This document shows positions 37,101 through 39,845 of a DNA stretch of 39,845 nt, in pieces; the first letter of the stretch is position 1, and every line of letters begins with the position of its first letter. The stretch comes from Octopus bimaculoides (taxonomy: Eukaryota). A program made the translations under genes and the position numbers. The notes beneath the pieces were generated by a model that saw only the letters and a list, made by a program, of their open reading frames with translations, had not been told where the DNA came from and did no database searches. The stretch is taken from the NCBI RefSeq assembly GCF_001194135.2, contig NC_068983.1, positions 18,023,363 through 18,063,207 on the forward strand, written 5' to 3'.

Positions 37101-38457
37101 GTATGTTCTATTACCGAGAGGCTCTGATATATACCTTCTCTAAATGTTTCTTCTCTCTCTCTCTTCCAGATGAACATCGCATCAAGTTTACAGTTGCCTT
37201 CGTCAAAATCTCTGAATTTGAGTTTTTCTGATTTAGACACAAAATTGCAGTGCATCACAACTGATTGCAATACAGGTGTGCAACTACTCAATAGCTTTGT
37301 CTGTAGTTTGCTGTATTTCAGTTTCTCCCTTTTGGCCAAATGCGTATGTTCGGGCGAACGTGCGATGTGTAGGAGTGTGTTCAAGTATGTGCAAGTTTGC
37401 CCGTGTTTATGCACGTATGTGCGTATGTGTGCGTGAGTGCATGTGTGTACGTTAACGCTGTTGGTGCTTTAGCATGTTTCTTATTAACAGAATCGTTCAA
37501 TTTCTGAAATTTTCAAATTTCATTAGTTTTTCGTGTACAATGCGTGGGTTTCATGTGAAATTAAATTTGTTCTTTCATTTTTTGTTTGTTCTTGAAGTTC
37601 GTCATGTTAATTTTCAATTCTTTGAGAAAGCATTTCACTGAAGGAAAGCCATATTGAGGCGATATTATCAGAAACAGAAAAATATAATTGTGTTCAAAAA
37701 TGTTATAATTTATAACTCACCCCGAATGGCATGACAGTTCAAGGGATTCCAGATTCTTTGTGGCAAATTTTCAAGAAAGAACTATTTTCCTTTGTTGTAC
37801 ATGGTTCAAAATCACAAAATTCTCGAAGCATGGAAGACATATCATTCAATGATAATAATAGTTTGTAATTTAGATGCCACGCCATACGATTCTTTCTTGA
37901 TAGTCTCTTCGGTAATCGGCTACCAAATTAAATTTCAAATCCAAACTCTACAAGTTGTTTTGCCGAGAACAATGCATTTATCTTCCCCAAATCAACAACC
38001 TGTTTATCTTATCTCGTTTAGTCTAATCTTATGTATCACACTCTCTGAGCGGCCACATTAGTAATTTTGCCTACATTCGATCTGAATGATAGAATATGAT
38101 TTTTGTTGTGGAACATTTTTTTGTATATTCGAAACATGTATACTTCATACAAGAAAAACGCAGTTACGTATGAAGGCTTGCAATAGGTTGCACAATTATA
38201 TTCTTATGGCAACTCACACGACATTCCACTGTGAAATCTAAATGACATATTAGTAGAGATTTTAATGTTCCCAATGCGTATTCTAGAGAAGTGAAGGTGT
38301 CTTAGTAGTCGGTCTTCTGATCTTACAATTAGGAGGTTTTCGAAATAACATTAACTCAACCACTCGATCTGGGTCGAAAAACCGAGACACAAAGTTCGAA
38401 GTTACCCATAAGCTTATTGAGATCGTATCGGAAACTGTGGTCTCGTTCATAACTTAC

Positions 38458-38506
38458 CTTATAATCGCTGGTCATTAAACACGATAACTACTTCTAATCT
38501 GATCAC
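38458..38506 (-). other. Candidate 49-nt non-coding exon
   Basis: Minus strand: tgcattttacag|GTGATC...TTATAAG|gtaagt. Both splice sites are near consensus, but all three frames contain a stop. Confidence 0.35.
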
Positions 38507-38817
38507 CTGTAAAATGCATTTACACAACCTAATCGTACGTAGCACGGCCATGTTAGCAAAAGGGGAGAAGTATAACAATTCATAAGAAAGAAAGCGGAAT
38601 ATCTATGCTGTTTAGCGGATCAGATACTGTAGCCGTTTTGTTTGCTGATCTATATGTAGGGGTGTCGGAGAGACATGCAGTAGGCCTTCAGAAGATTTGC
38701 CCACTATCAGGACTGATTCCGTTGACCATATCTGATGCTTTCTTCTTAAAAAATAACATTCTTTTCGTCTGAACCCACCCCACAAAAAAATAACCCGGAA
38801 AACAAAGTTACGGTGTG

Positions 38818-38869
<52 letters not shown>

Positions 38870-39627
38870 AGGAGGAGGAGATAGAGGTACAAGTCGAAAA
38901 TAGAATGAAAAGTCGAACCCAGTAGAGGGATGCTATTTTATTTATCAATTCCGAAGAGATGTAAAGCAAAAAGTATCTCGATTTTACACTTCAACGGTCA
39001 GAAAACGAAAACATCCAAAATTGGAAAAATCTGTCCGGCACATTAATGACTCGTCTATTACGCCAACATCTCCAGTGTATTACGAATTACTAGGTTTGGG
39101 TTACTCAGGACTGAAACATAACAAATTACTCCTTTATCTCAAAACGTAAAGACACTGCTTCGTATTTCATGGATATTGGTGTTAGGTTAACTGTAAAAAT
39201 GGGAATTTTCGTTTTTTTAGAATTCTCTCTGAAAAAGACTGGAATTAATTTCTGAAAACAAGTGTTCAAGTTGTTAGAGTAAAACAAAGTATTGTATTAA
39301 TTGTTATATTTTAATCTAAATGAGATTAAGTGTTTTATAGAACCCTACGCGATTTGAACGGCAATTATAGACGTATTGAGCCTAATAACAGATCGAACCA
39401 CATCAAATATTAGCAAATCTAACATTCAGCCAACTCAATTACCAACTTAGTGATTTCATTAGCAAATAGCATTTTCTTAATTGATTATAATTCTCACTGG
39501 TTAAATCTTTGCGGGAAATTGTCATTGACTAAGAAAAGTATTCCCTGGATAAAGAAAAAAATCGTGGGCAAAAATTTAAGGGCGTTGTCTTATGTTACCC
39601 GCCCAAATGAATGCTTTCACTCCTAAC

Positions 39628-39683
<56 letters not shown>

Positions 39684-39845
39684 GGCACCGCGAGTGTCGC
39701 GTTGCTCTCAAGCAACTCTGCCGTCCGGGACCAATCTTGTGCAACTTTGATTCCACAAAAACGTTCTATAGAGGATTAGTGGAGGGGAGGTGCGACGACG
39801 ATCTCGGGCAGAATCTGGGCGTCGACGAGGAACACCTGACCCGCC

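Noticed and set aside
33595-39010. Very short SINE-like remnants near 33600-33650 and 38895-39010
   Set aside because: Similarity is too weak to set boundaries by eye.

Overview
AT-rich eukaryotic draft-assembly DNA, dense in microsatellites and with ten N-gaps. The interspersed repeats resemble octopus/cephalopod families (recalled, not searched). No host protein-coding gene, tRNA, rRNA or CRISPR array is supported; most listed ORFs are translated microsatellites or gaps. The window holds decayed mobile elements: three head-to-tail R4/Dong-type non-LTR retrotransposon fragments (2.5-5.4 kb), two Penelope-like relics (GIY-YIG end at 11-12 kb; RT half at 28.6-29.4 kb), a truncated maT-like (DD37D) transposase, three copies of a mariner-derived MITE and several tRNA-type SINEs. 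The most unusual structures are (1) a Penelope-like RT running in frame into 13 identical 15-bp repeats, (2) a ~550-bp foldback element, (3) a 79-bp hairpin next to a hammerhead-like vestige, and (4) apparent re-use of one target site by SINEs and by R4/Dong elements. All alignments and translations were done by eye; family names come from motif recognition.
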